A DNA stretch of 64,000 bases, from assembly GCF_009914755.1 (NCBI RefSeq), contig NC_060937.1; one strand, written 5' to 3'. The translations under genes and the position numbers were made by a program. Shown one piece after another: positions 42,721 to 63,204 of this stretch (the first letter of the stretch is position 1; every line of letters starts with the position of its first letter). This DNA is from the human T2T-CHM13v2.0 reference genome, Homo sapiens. Under the pieces are notes generated by a model. That model was not told where the DNA came from. It worked only from the letters and a program-made list of their open reading frames with translations, and did not search any database.

Positions 42721-43089
42721 GAGAGATTGCTTATTATGCCATTAGTTCATTAGTTTAGTGAAAGGTAAAATGATTTTTGGGGGAAAACTTTGGTGTTCAA
42801 AAAAGTATTCAATTCAATTTCTGGCAAAAGCAAGAATTCTCAACTATTAGGTACCAGTTTTATATAAACTTTGAAATAAACTTTGAAATGTTAAATGTTA
42901 AAATTAATGGATATTTGCTGAAGTACAACACTAACTCAGAACAATATATTAAGGTGGAGGGGTGAGGGACAGATCAGCCTCAAAAATTATAAATTAGTGG
43001 AATTTTTAATTAAATGCTATTGTATTTCAAAAGCAGTATATATTGCAAGCAAATATTAAGGCAGGTTAACCAGTTCACAGAAGCTTTAC

Positions 43090-44206
<1,117 letters not shown>

Positions 44207-44319
44207 TCAATTTTGTCATGAAAATGTTGTCTACAATATAGCTGACATTCTACAGTTATCAGGTACCAGATGTATAATCAAAGTAGCTTATACTTTCAGA
44301 AAATAGTGACAGCATTACT

Positions 44320-45610
44320 TCTGGTCCCACATGGCTCTTCCAAAACATTGCCACATATCCATCGAGAGAGACTCTATCTTCCCTCCCTGAAAACCAGGGG
44401 AAACTTTGTGACTGCCAGATAGAAGTAACACACTGTGACTTCTGAGGTTAGATCAAATAATGTGATACAGCTTTCAGTTTGATCCCTCAAGACATTTGTC
44501 TTTGGAACCCAGCTACCAGGCAAGAAGCCCAGGCCACATCGAAAGGCCATGGGTTAGTGTATTGGCCAAGAGCCCGAGCTAAAGCCTCAGCCAACAGCCA
44601 GTATCAACCACTGGAAAAGTGCCTTCAGACGATTCCAGATCCCAGCCTTGAATCTACCTTAGCTAAAGATGAGCAGAGAAGACATAAGCTCTCCACTATG
44701 GGACCCTGCTTCCCAAACTGTGCCCTAAGGCACTCTGGGGCACCACAGGAAAATACAACCGCATCTGTCAATAATGATGTAAACTAAGCAGTTCACAGTA
44801 ACATTGCAGCAGTCCATATCTGCAGGGATTGGGGGAGGTGGGGCCATGGGACACAGGCATTATTTCCAAGAACAGCTGTGGCCACCCCCAGGATGGATGC
44901 ACAAGCCCCTTATATAAAAAGGCAGAGTACCTGCATATAAGTAATACACATCCTCCCGAATACTTTTAAATCATCTCTAGATTACTTATAATACCTAATT
45001 ATGTAAGTAGTTGTTATACTGTATTTTTTTTTTATGTTTTCAATCAGATTTTGGTTGAATCTGTGGATGCAGAACCTGCGCATACAGAGGGCCACCTGTA
45101 TATTGCCCCATTCCTATCAATAACATTATATCTTTGTTAAGATGGTTTCTCAGGAGTGGTTGTGATAAAAACAAATATCCCAGGAAAATCAATGTGGAAC
45201 AGGGGTGAACACGGTAATGTCCAATCTTATTACAAGGCTAGGTCATTAAAAAGAAAATACAGCTTTCTCTTGGCTCACTTTCTCTTGAAACACCCGCTCC
45301 GGAACCCAGCGACCATGTAGTGAGAAAGCCCAGGCCACGAGGAAAGCCACATGTAGGTGTTTCTGCTAACAACCCCAGCTAAGGTCTCAGCTGACAGCCA
45401 GCAAAAACTGCCAGACCTATGAGTGAGAAAACTTCAAACGATTCCAGCCTCAGACTTCTATGCCTTCCAACTGAGGCCCCAGACATCACAGAGCACAGAC
45501 TGGCCTTCCCCACTGTGTTCTAGCCAAATTGCTAACCCACAGAATCTGTGAGCATAATGAATGAATGTTTTATGCCACTATGTTTGGGAGGTAGTGTAGC
45601 TATGGTAACC
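44320..45610 (+). mobile_element. Two MLT1-type LTR pieces with a MER2/Tigger-type DNA transposon (~44808-45100) between them
   Basis: gtgacttctgagg, gaaagcccaggccac, ctaacccacagaatctgtgag; MER2-like aagcccctta...taaatcatctctagattacttataatacc. Confidence 0.65.
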
Positions 45611-45885
45611 ATATCAATGAAGGTTCAATATATAATACAAAGAAAAAAAGCAGGCTATGTGTGAAGCAATGATGACAGTGCCTTATGAAGCAAAGATCAT
45701 AACTAACCTAATCCCGTGCACCTTAGAGTCCTTGAAAAAGGGGGAGGGGAGGCAAAAATCATTAAAAGACACATTTTTAAACCTCAACACAGGCCGGGCG
45801 CGGTGGCTCACGCCTGTAATCCCAGCACTTTGGGAGGCCGAGGCGGGGAGATCACGAGGTCAGGAGATCGAGACCGTCTTGGCTA

Positions 45886-46122
<237 letters not shown>

Positions 46123-47194
46123 TCAGTCTTTATTACTGATGTAGAATCAAAATGAGACCTAGGTTTCATTTTTCAAAAATGGCCTTATGGCCGGGCACGG
46201 TGGCTCACGCCTATAAGTAATCCCAACACTTTGGGAGGCAGAGGCAGGTGGATCACTGGAGGTCAGGAGTTTGAGACCAGCCTGGCCAACATGGTGAAAC
46301 CCCGTCTCTACTAAAAAAACACACAAGAAAAATTAGCTGGGCGTGCTGGCTGATGCCTGTAATCCCAGCTGCTCAGGAGGCTGAGGCAGAAGAATCAATT
46401 GAACTCGGGAGGTGGGGGCTGCAGTGAGCCGAGATTGTGCCACTGCACTTCAGCCTGGGCAACAGAGTGAGACTCTTATCAGAGTGAGACTCAAGAAAAA
46501 AAAACACATAAGAATTTAGGCCGGTGCGCGGTGGCTCACGCCTGTAATCCCAGCACTTTGGGAAGCCGAAGTGGGAAGATCACTTGAGGCCAGGGGTTCG
46601 AGACCAGCCTGGCCAAAATGGTGAAACCCCAACTCTACTAAAAATGCAAAAATTAGCCTGGCGTGGTGGCGAGTGCCTGTAATCCCAGCTACTCAAGGGG
46701 CTGAGACAGGAGAATCGCTTGAACCCGGGAGGCGGAGGCTGCAGTGAGCTGAGATCTCACCATTGCGCTCCAGCCTGGGCAACAGAGTGAGACCTGGTCT
46801 CAAAAAAAAAAAGAAAGATGCAAGTGCGCTTTTACCTGTCCCTCATGAAATGGGGAACCATGACCCCAGAAAAGATGTGGGGTTCCCAAACTTGGAAGGG
46901 CATGAGAATAAATCTGGTGGGAAATGTTGGCTAATAGGACACATGGGAACCACTAGCCTAAAATTCCATAAAGGCATTCCCAAGTTTACATCAACATTTT
47001 CCTGTCCTCTCAAAAAATAATCAAGGTGGGGAGGTGAGATTTTGTGATGCTAAAACACAGCTTACATTGAGCAGACCTTCCTGAGATCCACCAACACTAA
47101 TAGAAACTTTGTGACTGAATGCTCTACACAGTACACTTGGGGATGCTTACTTTATCTTATTTGTAAATAAACTTTAAAAAAAAATTGAAGCATA

Positions 47195-47957
<763 letters not shown>

Positions 47958-48151
47958 TAACCAAAAATGTGTTTAAGGAATGATCACAGAGTTATATTCA
48001 CCTATATAAACCTCCACATGGATCAATAAACATAATATTAGCAATAGGGCACACTTTTCTGATATCACTTGATACCCAGTTGAAAATCCATTCTTGAGTA
48101 TACTAAGTAGTCCATCTGGATCACATTTAATAGTTACTTCACCTTTTTTCA

Positions 48152-51120
<2,969 letters not shown>

Positions 51121-52479
51121 AAAAACCCTAAAAACTCTTGACAAAGGAGATGGAAACTTCCATCTCAATTTCACAGTTTCCTCTAGGGGAAGATCTTGTC
51201 CCAGTTACCCTGTTCTTAATCTACTCTAAGGTAGTGCAGACACAGTAAATTACCTCCCTGCTGCATGAGGGCAGATAGGCTGTGACTATATGAAAGTGCC
51301 CGACCGAGGGTCACAAGCAGGAATTGAAATTTAGCCTTCTCTACCATTTGGTTCCTTCAACTATCACTTTCTTATAAAAGAGGCTTTGTTTGACTACCGT
51401 GGTTAATGTAGTCTCATCCAGTTGCACTCTGGCAGGGATTGCTCTTGTCCACCTATAGCCATCCTCGTCTGGAATTTTAGCTGGACATGTGGCCACAGAG
51501 ATAGAGACTACATTGCCCAGCTTCCCTTGCAGATAGATGTGTCATGGACTAGAAGTTCTAATCAATAGAATGTGAACAGAAGTGATGTACCCTTAAAAAA
51601 ATGGGCACATATTCCCACAACCTTTTTCTCCTTTCTCCTAGTTGGAATACAGACAAGATGATAGGAATTGAAGCAACTAGACAACAGAAAAATGGAAGGT
51701 TGTAGAGATGTGGGTGACAAAGGCATTCTACATGTGTATTTCACCACCTCCTTCAGACAGTTAAGGAGAAAAGAGGAGGAACCCACTTCCATCTTGTTTA
51801 AATGTATTTCCCAGTCTCTTTGTTACAAGTAGCCTAGGCTGTACCTTAACTAAGGTACCCTTGATGTCAAAACATTGTTTCATTTTCTACAGAGTATTTA
51901 TCGATGATCCGAAATTATCTCATATATTTATGTGCTAAAATGCTTGTCTATCTTGCCGTGACAGAATATGTGCTTCACGAAGGCATGGACTTTGTCTTAT
52001 CAGCTGCTGCAAGCTTAGTTCTTAGAACTGTACCTGCAATTAAAAATAGGTGCTCAGAAAATATTTGGTGAATAAATTAACTGTTTCCAACTAAAAAGGA
52101 AGAGACAGGTGCAGAGGGATCTTAAGTAATTTGCCCAACTTCATACAGCTAATAAGTGGCAAAGCCACATTCTAACTCAGGACCATCTGATATACTTGTT
52201 CATTCTGGAATAGCTGAGGGTCTCTTACTTTAGTCATGTGTAAAAGTCACACGGGGGTGTTTGTTAACACACATTACTGAGTAGTAGCTCAGACACACTG
52301 ACTCAGTAGATCTCAATCTGAGAATCCAACAAGGACCCCAGGTGATTCTGCAGGTGTTCCTCTGACAGAGCTTTGAGAAACATTGCCATGTCCCTATGTC
52401 TTATTTAGCTATTCAAAACTCTGCAGGCCCTTAGAATACACATAAAGAAGTTGATGTAATTGGTACAGTACTAAAGGTA

Positions 52480-53142
<663 letters not shown>

Positions 53143-53554
53143 TTAATAAAAAAGAGAATTAATAGGGTAGTTCTAGTTAGCCATAAATTAAACCATAAAG
53201 AGAATTTCAATAAATTCCCCACAAATTTCAAAAGTCTGTGCTTTGAAAAACTAATATAACTTGTGTAATTTTTTTTCCAGAGCAATCATTTATGAGAGTG
53301 ACAAAAATAAAGCCAGAAAGTAGAAGATGTTTTTCCTCTTCTAACTTTCTATTATGGTATTTGATTCACCAGTCATTTTCTTCCCAGGGCCCCCTGGAAA
53401 TGTACTCTTTAGAAACAAGGCACCTTTGGCAAGAAATAGAAAATCAACTGAAATTGCTCCTGATATAGATCGGTGACTTTGTCCTAGGTATCTCATAAAA
53501 TTCTATACTAATTAACTCAACAAGCCTTACAAGAAAATGAAGAAACAAAATCAT

Positions 53555-54092
53555 CCTATATTCCAGTTATCCATTGCTGCAAAACAAACCATCCTAACAC
53601 TTAGTATCTTAAAACAACAATTTATTATCTGTCCTAGTTCTGTGGTGGACGGGGCTCAGCTAGGTGGTCCCTACTTTGATCTCTCATGTGGTTGCCATCA
53701 GATAAGACTGAATGTCCAGGATGGTTTCTTCACCCACACATCTGATGCCTCAGCTGGAATAGCTGGAAGAAACAGGGGCTGACTGGGCCTCTCTCTACAC
53801 CTTTGCCCTATGACCTTTGTACCTGGCTAGGTTGGGCTTCCTCAAAACATGGCATCTCAGCATATTTGGACTTCTTACAGAGCAGGTGACTTGCCTTAAA
53901 GTGAGCATTCATTCACACCAGGTTATAGCTGCACAGAATGGAAAGTCACATAGCATCACTTTCATCACATTCTACTGGTGCAGAATGAGTCACAGGGCCA
54001 GTCCAGATTCAAAGGGAAGGAACTACATTTCCTTGCTGGTACCAGTAGCAGTGGCTCACTGGGGGACCATTTTCAGAGACTTGCTACCACAT
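53555..54092 (-). mobile_element. MLT1 (old MaLR) LTR
   Basis: aacacttagtatcttaaaacaac...gggaccattttcagagacttgctaccaca. Confidence 0.65.
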
Positions 54093-54139
54093 CCTAGGAA
54101 ACTTTTAATTAATTCCATTCATTTCATCAGTGTATTCTT

Positions 54140-56222
54140 TTTTAAAAATTTATTTTTAAATTTTTTTGTGGGTACATAGTAGGTGTATATATTTATGGAG
54201 TGCATGACATGTTTTGATATAGGCATGCAATGCATATTAATCACATCATGGAGAATGGAGTACTCAAGCATTTATCCTTTGAATTACAAACAATCCAATT
54301 ACATTCTTTAAGGTATTTAAAAATATACAATTAAGTTATTGACTATAGTCACTCTGCTGTGCTGTTAAATAGTAGGTCTTATTCATTCTTTCTATTTTTG
54401 TACCCACTAACCATCCCCACCTCCCCCAACCAACTCCCCACCACCCTTCTCAGCCTCTGGTAACCATTCTTCTACTCTCTATGACCATGAGTTCAATTGT
54501 TTTGAGTTTTAGATCCCACCAATAAGTGAGAACATGAGATGTTTGTTTTTCTGTTCTGAGCTTATTTCATTTAGCATAATGACCTCCAGTTTCATCCATA
54601 TTGTTGCACAGACTGGAACTCATTCTTTTCTATGGCTGAATAGTACTCCATTGTGTATATATACCACATTTTATTTATCCATTCGTTGATGGGCACTTAG
54701 GTTGTTCCCAAATCTTAGCTATAGTAAACAGTGCTGCAACAAACACAGGAGTGTGGATATCTCTTCTATAGTCAGATTTCCTGTCTTTTGGGTATATACC
54801 CAGCAGTGGGATTGTTGGATGACAAAGTAGCTCAATTTTTAGTTTTTTGAGGAACCTCCAAACTGTTCTCCATAGTGGCTGTATTAATTTACATTCCCAC
54901 CAACAGTGTACAAGGGTTTCCTTTTCTCCACCTCCTCACCGGCATCTGTTATTACCTGTCTTCTGGATATAAGCCATCTTAACTGGGGTGAAATGATATC
55001 TCATTGTAGTTTTGATTTGCATGTATCTGATGATCTATGATGTTGAGCACCTCTTCATAGGTCTGTTTGCCACTTGTTTTCTTTTGAGAAATACCTATTC
55101 AAATCTTTTTGTCATTTTTTGATCAGATTATTAGATTTTTTTTCCTATAGAGTTGTTTGAGCTCCTTATATATTCTGGTTATTAATCCCTTGTCAGATGG
55201 CTAGTTTGCAGATATTTTCTCACATTCTGTGGGTTGTCTTTTCACTTTGTTGATTGTATCCTTGGCTGTGCAGAAGCTTATTAACTTGATGTGATCCCAT
55301 TTGTCCATTTTTGCTTTGGTTGCCTGTGCTTATGGAATATTGCTCAAGAAATTTTTGCCCAGACCAATGTCTTGGAGATTTTTCTCAATGTTTTCTTGTA
55401 GCAGTTTTATAGTTTGAGTTCTTAAGTCTTTCATCCATTTTGATTTGATTTTTGTACATGGGGAGAGATAGTGGTCTAGTTTTATTCTTTTGCATATGGA
55501 TATCCAGTTTTCCCAGCACCCTTTATTGAAGAGACTCTCTTTTCCCCAATGTATGTCTGGGCACCTTCGTTGAAAGTGAGTTCACTGTGGTGTATGAATT
55601 TGTTTCTGGGTTCTCTATTCTGTTTCATTGGTCTATGTGTCTGTTTTTATGCAAGTACCATGCTGTTTTGGCTACTATAGCTCTCTAGTATAATTTGATT
55701 ATACTAGAGATTGGAGGAATCACATTATAGTATTATAATTTGTTCCAATTTTGTTCTTTTTGCTTAGGATTGCTTTGGCTACTCTGGGTCTTTTGTGGTT
55801 CCATGTAAATTGTAGGATTTTTTTTTTCTATCTCTGTGAAGAATGTCATTGGTATTTTGATAGGGATTGCATTGAATCTGTAGATTGCTTTGGATAGAAT
55901 GGACATTTTAAAAATATCAATTCTTCCAATCCATGAACATGGAATGTCTTTCCATTTTTTGGTGTCCTCTTCAATTTCCTTCATCCATCTTTTATGACTT
56001 TCATTATAGAGACCTTTCACATCTTTGGTTAATTCCTAGGTATTTAATTTTATGTGTGGCTATTGTAAATGGGATTACTTTTTAAATTTCTTTTTCACAT
56101 TGTTCACTATTGACATATATAAATGCTACTGATTTTTTGTATGTTAATTTTGAATCCTGCAACTTTACTGAATTTGTTTATCAGTTCTATTAGTTTTCTT
56201 GTGGATTCTTTAGGTTTTTCCT
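54140..56222 (-). mobile_element. L1MA/L1PB-type 3' fragment
   Basis: ORF2 remnant [36 protein letters not shown] and L1 3' UTR. Confidence 0.9.
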
Positions 56223-56369
56223 CATCAGTCAATTCTGATGGCTTCTTTTTTTTGGTTTAATTTCCAACCATCTTGATGATCTTTTAACAACTTCATATTT
56301 TGCTTCATATACAATTTTGTAAAGAGCTGCCACACACATTTAATTTGATCATCATAACAATCAAGGTAG

Positions 56370-56786
<417 letters not shown>

Positions 56787-57491
56787 TGACCTCAAGTGAT
56801 CTGCCCACCTCAGCCTCCCAAAGTGCTGGGATTACAGGCATGAGCCACTGCGTCCAGCCTCCTTAACTCTTTAATACATGGAGACAGTTCTCAGGTAAAG
56901 AGGCAAGGCAGGGGGCTGGTACAATTTGTGGACTAAGCAATTTGAAGGGTGCCACGTGTCATAATAGACTGCTCACAAAATGTTCATCACTAGAAAAAGA
57001 AAATTCTAATATATGTTCTTAAATGACTTGAAATTTTCTCCCAAGAAAGAAAAAGCCAGAGAATAAAGCAATCACACTAAGCCTCCAGTGCTCAGGTGTT
57101 GAGTAGACACAGCGGAACATTGCCATGCTGCAGGATAGGTGCAACCAGGCAGCCAGGCCCTGCCTTTCTCTGTGGGACTTTGAGCAAGTTTTTGCACCCT
57201 CTCTGTGTCTCAGTTGCCTTATCAGTGGAAAAGGGAATAATGTCAGCACCTACCTTGCAGGGTTGCTCTGAGGATTAAATGGGTTAAAATATGGAATAGT
57301 GCTTATAGCAGTGTCTAGCACAGAGTATGCACTATATAAGTGTTTGCAGCTGTTATAGTCAAAATGGAAAGGTGGAATGGAAATATCCTTTGAAAGTCTA
57401 TATAGGCCAGGTGCAGTGGTTCACACCTGTAATCCCAGCACTTTGGTAGGCCAAGGTGGGTGGATCACCTGAGGTCAGGAGTTCAAGATCA

Positions 57492-57725
<234 letters not shown>

Positions 57726-58368
57726 CTATATAAAATCAAGGAAGTTATACAAAAAAACAATTTTGGGTGAGGTTGTTATCTAGAAGGTTAGTAAACACTG
57801 GTCTTTATAAGGATATCTTCTGATTTCTAATGTAGCCACTCCTAGAGAACACAATTTTTTTAGCAATTACTACTTATGGATGTAAGAGTGAACTTTCATT
57901 AGTCGACCTTATCAAACAGTCCAGAATGTTGTTAAGAATGTTAATATATTGCCACATGCAAGGGCTGAAGAAAATGAAATAATGTTAAGAAATAAGAATA
58001 TTGTTTCCAGCTATTAATAATTCATGGTGCTGCAGAATCTTGAATCTATCACTAAAAGGCATAAGTCTAAGTGAAAATAGCGTTGCTCTTGCATTCCATT
58101 GTATTATAAAGCAATAAATATATTTAGCACTGGATGTTATGAAGAGTTTTTCTGTATTCCAAAGTATAGCATATCTTTGGATGAAGCCAGCCTGAAAACT
58201 TAGGATTGGTCCTATCCTGAGATACAGATAGGCATTCTCAGTCTTCTCCAGTGGGATGAGCAGATAGGAAGGACCAGTGTCAAGAATCTGACTTGCTCTG
58301 GGAGGTTGCATGGGTGCAGAAGGACCACCAGGAAGGGATTGGTCCAGCTGCCCAAATGAAATATTTGA

Positions 58369-58372
<4 letters not shown>

Positions 58373-58409
<37 letters not shown>
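58373..58409. repeat. (TG)n microsatellite
   Basis: Direct observation. Confidence 0.97.
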
Positions 58410-58411
<2 letters not shown>

Positions 58412-59040
58412 AGCTGGTCTATCTTATAAACCAGATCAAATTACAGTATCAAACACAGCCTAAAACAGCATTTTAGGAGGCCGAGGTGTGTGGATTTCTT
58501 GAGCCCAGATGTTAGAGACCAGCTGGACAACATGGCAAAACCCCATCTCCATAAAAAATACCAAAAAAAAATTAGCTGGGTGTGGTGGCATGCACTTGCA
58601 GTCCCAACTACTTGGGAGGTGGATGTGGGAGGATTGCTTGCACCCAGGAGACGAAGGCTGCAGTGAGCCATGATCATGTCACTGCACTCAGGCTGGGTGA
58701 CAGAGTTCAGAGCCTGTCTCAAAAAAATAGCAATAGATGAACATACATGCATGTTTATATAATACATAGATAGATATTAGTGTAAATGTATAACACTGTG
58801 TGAAGAATGAAGCTTTAGTCCCCTTAAATACACGGATGAGTATGACTTGCTCCCTGCTTCAAGGGGCTGGTGATCCAGCAGGGATCACAGATGTGGAGCA
58901 GGTAATCTAACCAGATATGCAATGCAACAGGTGCCAGGCTTGTGGGGGCCCAGAGAGGTTGCACCCAGATGGATGAGTCTTCTAGATCCCATTACCTTCT
59001 TCACAAGGTCTTTAGAGCCCAAAGCCAAATGACAAAGTAA

Positions 59041-59200
59041 GGGGGAGGGGCACGGAAAGGCCCTCAGCAGCGGAACTTACCGGAGAGGGGCACGGAGAGG
59101 CCCGCAGCAACAGAACTTCCGGGGGAGGGGCACGGAAAGGCCCGCAGCAGCGGAACTTCCGGGGGAGAGGCACGGAAAGGCCCGCAGCAGCGGAACTTAC
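59041..59200. repeat. Minisatellite, 4 x 40 bp (gggggaggggcacggaaaggcccgcagcagcggaacttcc)
   Basis: Units start at 59041, 59081, 59121 and 59161, with few substitutions. Confidence 0.97.
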
Positions 59201-60904
59201 AGGAGATCAGACAGAAGCGGAAGTGGTTTCGTGCCCTTCAAGTTAGATTATCTAGATACTCATCTTTCCCCTCCATGAAAAATGACTCATTCTTAGTACA
59301 TTTATGTGTAAAATTGCTTTGGATTTTAAGTGCATGGAAGACCAGGATCATGTCACACTAATGTGTATTGCACAGCATGTGACATAGAACTGAGTTGAAA
59401 CAGTGCTTAGCACATAATTTTTGGAGATGACAGAGATATGACCAGGCAGAACTGTCCTCAGGACACTTTCTAAAGTACATCAAAGTACTCTGGTTCCCCC
59501 AGCCCATCCTCTTGACTTCTTGTACTCATTCTCTCCTGTCCCTTGGCCGTCTCTATGTGGCCTTCTAGCTTCTTAGAGCCTCCTTGCTTTGGGTCTCACC
59601 CACACCTGACACCCTTGCCAAGACCGCTCTAAATTAGCCTTTCCTCCCCTCTCCTACACCTGTCAAACCCCTCTCTCATCTATCCACCAGGGGGAGGGCT
59701 ATATTATTAAACTAACACTAATGTATGAAAGCCCACATTGCTAGCTTATTGTACTATCTCAAGAAAATTTAATTTTTAAAAGAGGTGCTTTCAAATTTCA
59801 ATAAGCAAAGGCTTCAGCTGAGATTATTTTCTTCTTGCATTCCTAGCCCTCTCAAGTTATGCCTTCGGCAAACTGCTTCTCTAAGTGCTAACCCAAGCTG
59901 GCCCTTAGATGCATTTGTTATGTTCAAGTGCCCTCTGGAGGCAAAAACAGTCTCCTGTTAGATGAAAGACAGGCCTGCCAAAGACCCACAAATGATTGGT
60001 CCCTGTACTGTGGGGTTCATTCATTCCTTTCCATCTTTCTTTCTGCAGGTCCAGCACAGCCTTGCCTTGGGGCCTTCAGCTTAGGCACGGAATCTTCTTT
60101 GGCCTGGAATAGCCGTCCCAAAGACTGTCCCATGATTGGTTCCTTCACACCATCTGCTTTAGCTCAGCAGGGCTTTCTCAGGAGTACATCGCATCTAGCC
60201 AAGCCGACCTTCCCGCTCTGTCATGTCGGGCCGTTTCCTTGCCTTCTTGCACACAGCACTATCTGAAATAATCTCCTTCCAGTCATTCAGCACATTCATT
60301 GAGTGCCTGCTCGTATGCCCTGTCTTATGCACTTGGGATAGATCAAGGTACAAATGCAACACCTTCTCTACCCTGGTGGAATTTACAGGCCTTGTGAATT
60401 ACATTGTTTCCTTTTTCATCATCCGCCTCTGGCTAAAATGTAAGCTCTAGGGGAGCAGGGACCTCTGTCAGCCTTGTTCTCTACTTTTTCCCAAGAGCCT
60501 AGAACTGTGTCTGGTACATCCTTCATGGTCAATCAATATTTGTGGAATGAATAAACAAATGTTTATATTAACCAGGCACAATGGCTGAGGGGAGAGGATA
60601 GCTTGATACCAGGAGTTCGATACCAGCCTGAGCAACATAGCAAGACCCCCGTCTCTAAAAAATAAAAATGTTTTATATTTTCTATCAGGATACACAATTA
60701 ACATTTTAAACTTCTTTTGCTGTGACAAAGTTAATTCATTCCATTATCACAACTATAAAAAATGAGGCAAACTATATACCTCATTGTTATTCAAATGATC
60801 AATAGCAATAATAGCATTTATTGACCACTTACTAAGTACTAGAGGCTGTAATAAGTGCTTTATATGTATCATCTCATCTTCACAAATTTTTCTGAGGCAA
60901 GTAA

Positions 60905-61162
<258 letters not shown>

Positions 61163-61870
61163 TGATCTGCCCACCTCAGCCTCCCAAAGTGCTGGGATTA
61201 CAGGAGTGAGCCACCACACCTGACCCAGTCTTCCATTTTTAACATGAGAAATTTGAGGCTTACAGGAGCTTCTCACCATCACAAGGTCATCTTCTGGGGA
61301 CTGGATAGTCAACCCAGAGTCCATGCCGTCAACCTCCTCCACACAGCCACGTTGAAATCACGATGTCTGCATTACTCAGCGGCTCCCTCTACCATCCTCT
61401 AAAACTCTACACTCTCTTAGCAGGGCCTGTGAGACCCCTCAAGATCAGCTCTGCCTCCTTTGCTGGTCTCCTTCCCATTACCTCTCCTCCTACCCTGACT
61501 GGAGCCCCTGTAGCTCCTGGACACGGTCATGCCTTCCCCTACCTCCTTGCAATCCTATGGTGTGCTCCCTCCTTCTGCCCTGCCTAACTCCTACTCCTGC
61601 TTCAAGACTCAGCTCTTGCCACCCCCCCAGACCCTTTCCTGGCGCTCTGGGCTAGGTTCTGTGCCCATGCACTGCTGCTCCCAGCTCCCTGTGCCTGGCT
61701 CTGTGATTCTTAGTGAATGGAATGAGGTGTGGCTTTTCATCTCCAAATTTCCAGGGCTTAGTTGGAACAGAGAGGTTGGCAAAATGAATGATGGAGCATT
61801 TGGGAATTGGCCATGTTTTACAATTTTAGACACAGTGAGGAAAAGAATACTATTGTAAATAAGACGGTTA

Positions 61871-62017
<147 letters not shown>

Positions 62018-62934
62018 TTAAAAATTAGCCAGGTGTGGTGGCACATGCCTATAGTTTCAGCTACTTAGGAGGCTGAGGCAGGAGGATCATTTGAACACGA
62101 CAGCTCGGGGCTGCAGTGAGCTATAATCAAGCCACTGCACTTCAGCCTGGCCAACAGAGTGAGACCTTGTCTCTAGAAATAAATAAATTAATAAAATAAA
62201 ATAAGAGGGTTAGAATGTGGCCCATGGGAGTCCTCAAAGGTGCAATTGCATGAAGCTGAGAAGCAGCAGCATGGAGCAGGGAGTACTTAGAGTGTCACCT
62301 GGCAGAACCTGATCTTTCCTCTCATTCCCACCCCAAGAGACTTTTCCAACTCATCCAGCTGGAAGCAGAGAGGCTAGGATTTTCCCCTCAGGTGTCTGAC
62401 CCAGAGCCTGCATGCTAAGTCCTAAGGTGATGGCGTCTCAACTGCGCTGGGCCTTTATTTGTGAGCTTTCAATGGTTGTATCTGCCTGTGTTTGACCAGA
62501 ATAATTAATTTAATAAAAGCACTTTAAAAATGTTTGTAAACGGCTAAGTATCTAGTGTTGGGTACCATATAAGTATTTAGATACAAAAGGTCTAAATTCA
62601 GGTTATTTTTACTGGGGGAACCATTATTAATATGATTATAAAATAGTACACTGCGGATCTGTACACACGAGAGAGAGAAGTTGTGTACACGTGCTACTTC
62701 ACAACAATGATGCAATTCAACAGATTTATGACAACGATTCCTTTAGACAGATACTGACTAAAACTTACCAGGGGCAGGGCCCTGGGCCAGGCAAGGAGTA
62801 AGTCACAGCTCCTGGGCCTCAGCAGGGAACACTAAGATACAAGTACTTGCCCTTGCTGGGTGGAGTAGCTCACACCTGTAATCCTAGCAGTTTGGGAGGC
62901 CAAGGCAGGAGGATCACTTGAGACCAGGAGTTCA

Positions 62935-63204
<270 letters not shown>

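Noticed and set aside
59041-59200. CRISPR-like array
   Set aside because: Contiguous tandem units without unique spacers, in mammalian DNA.
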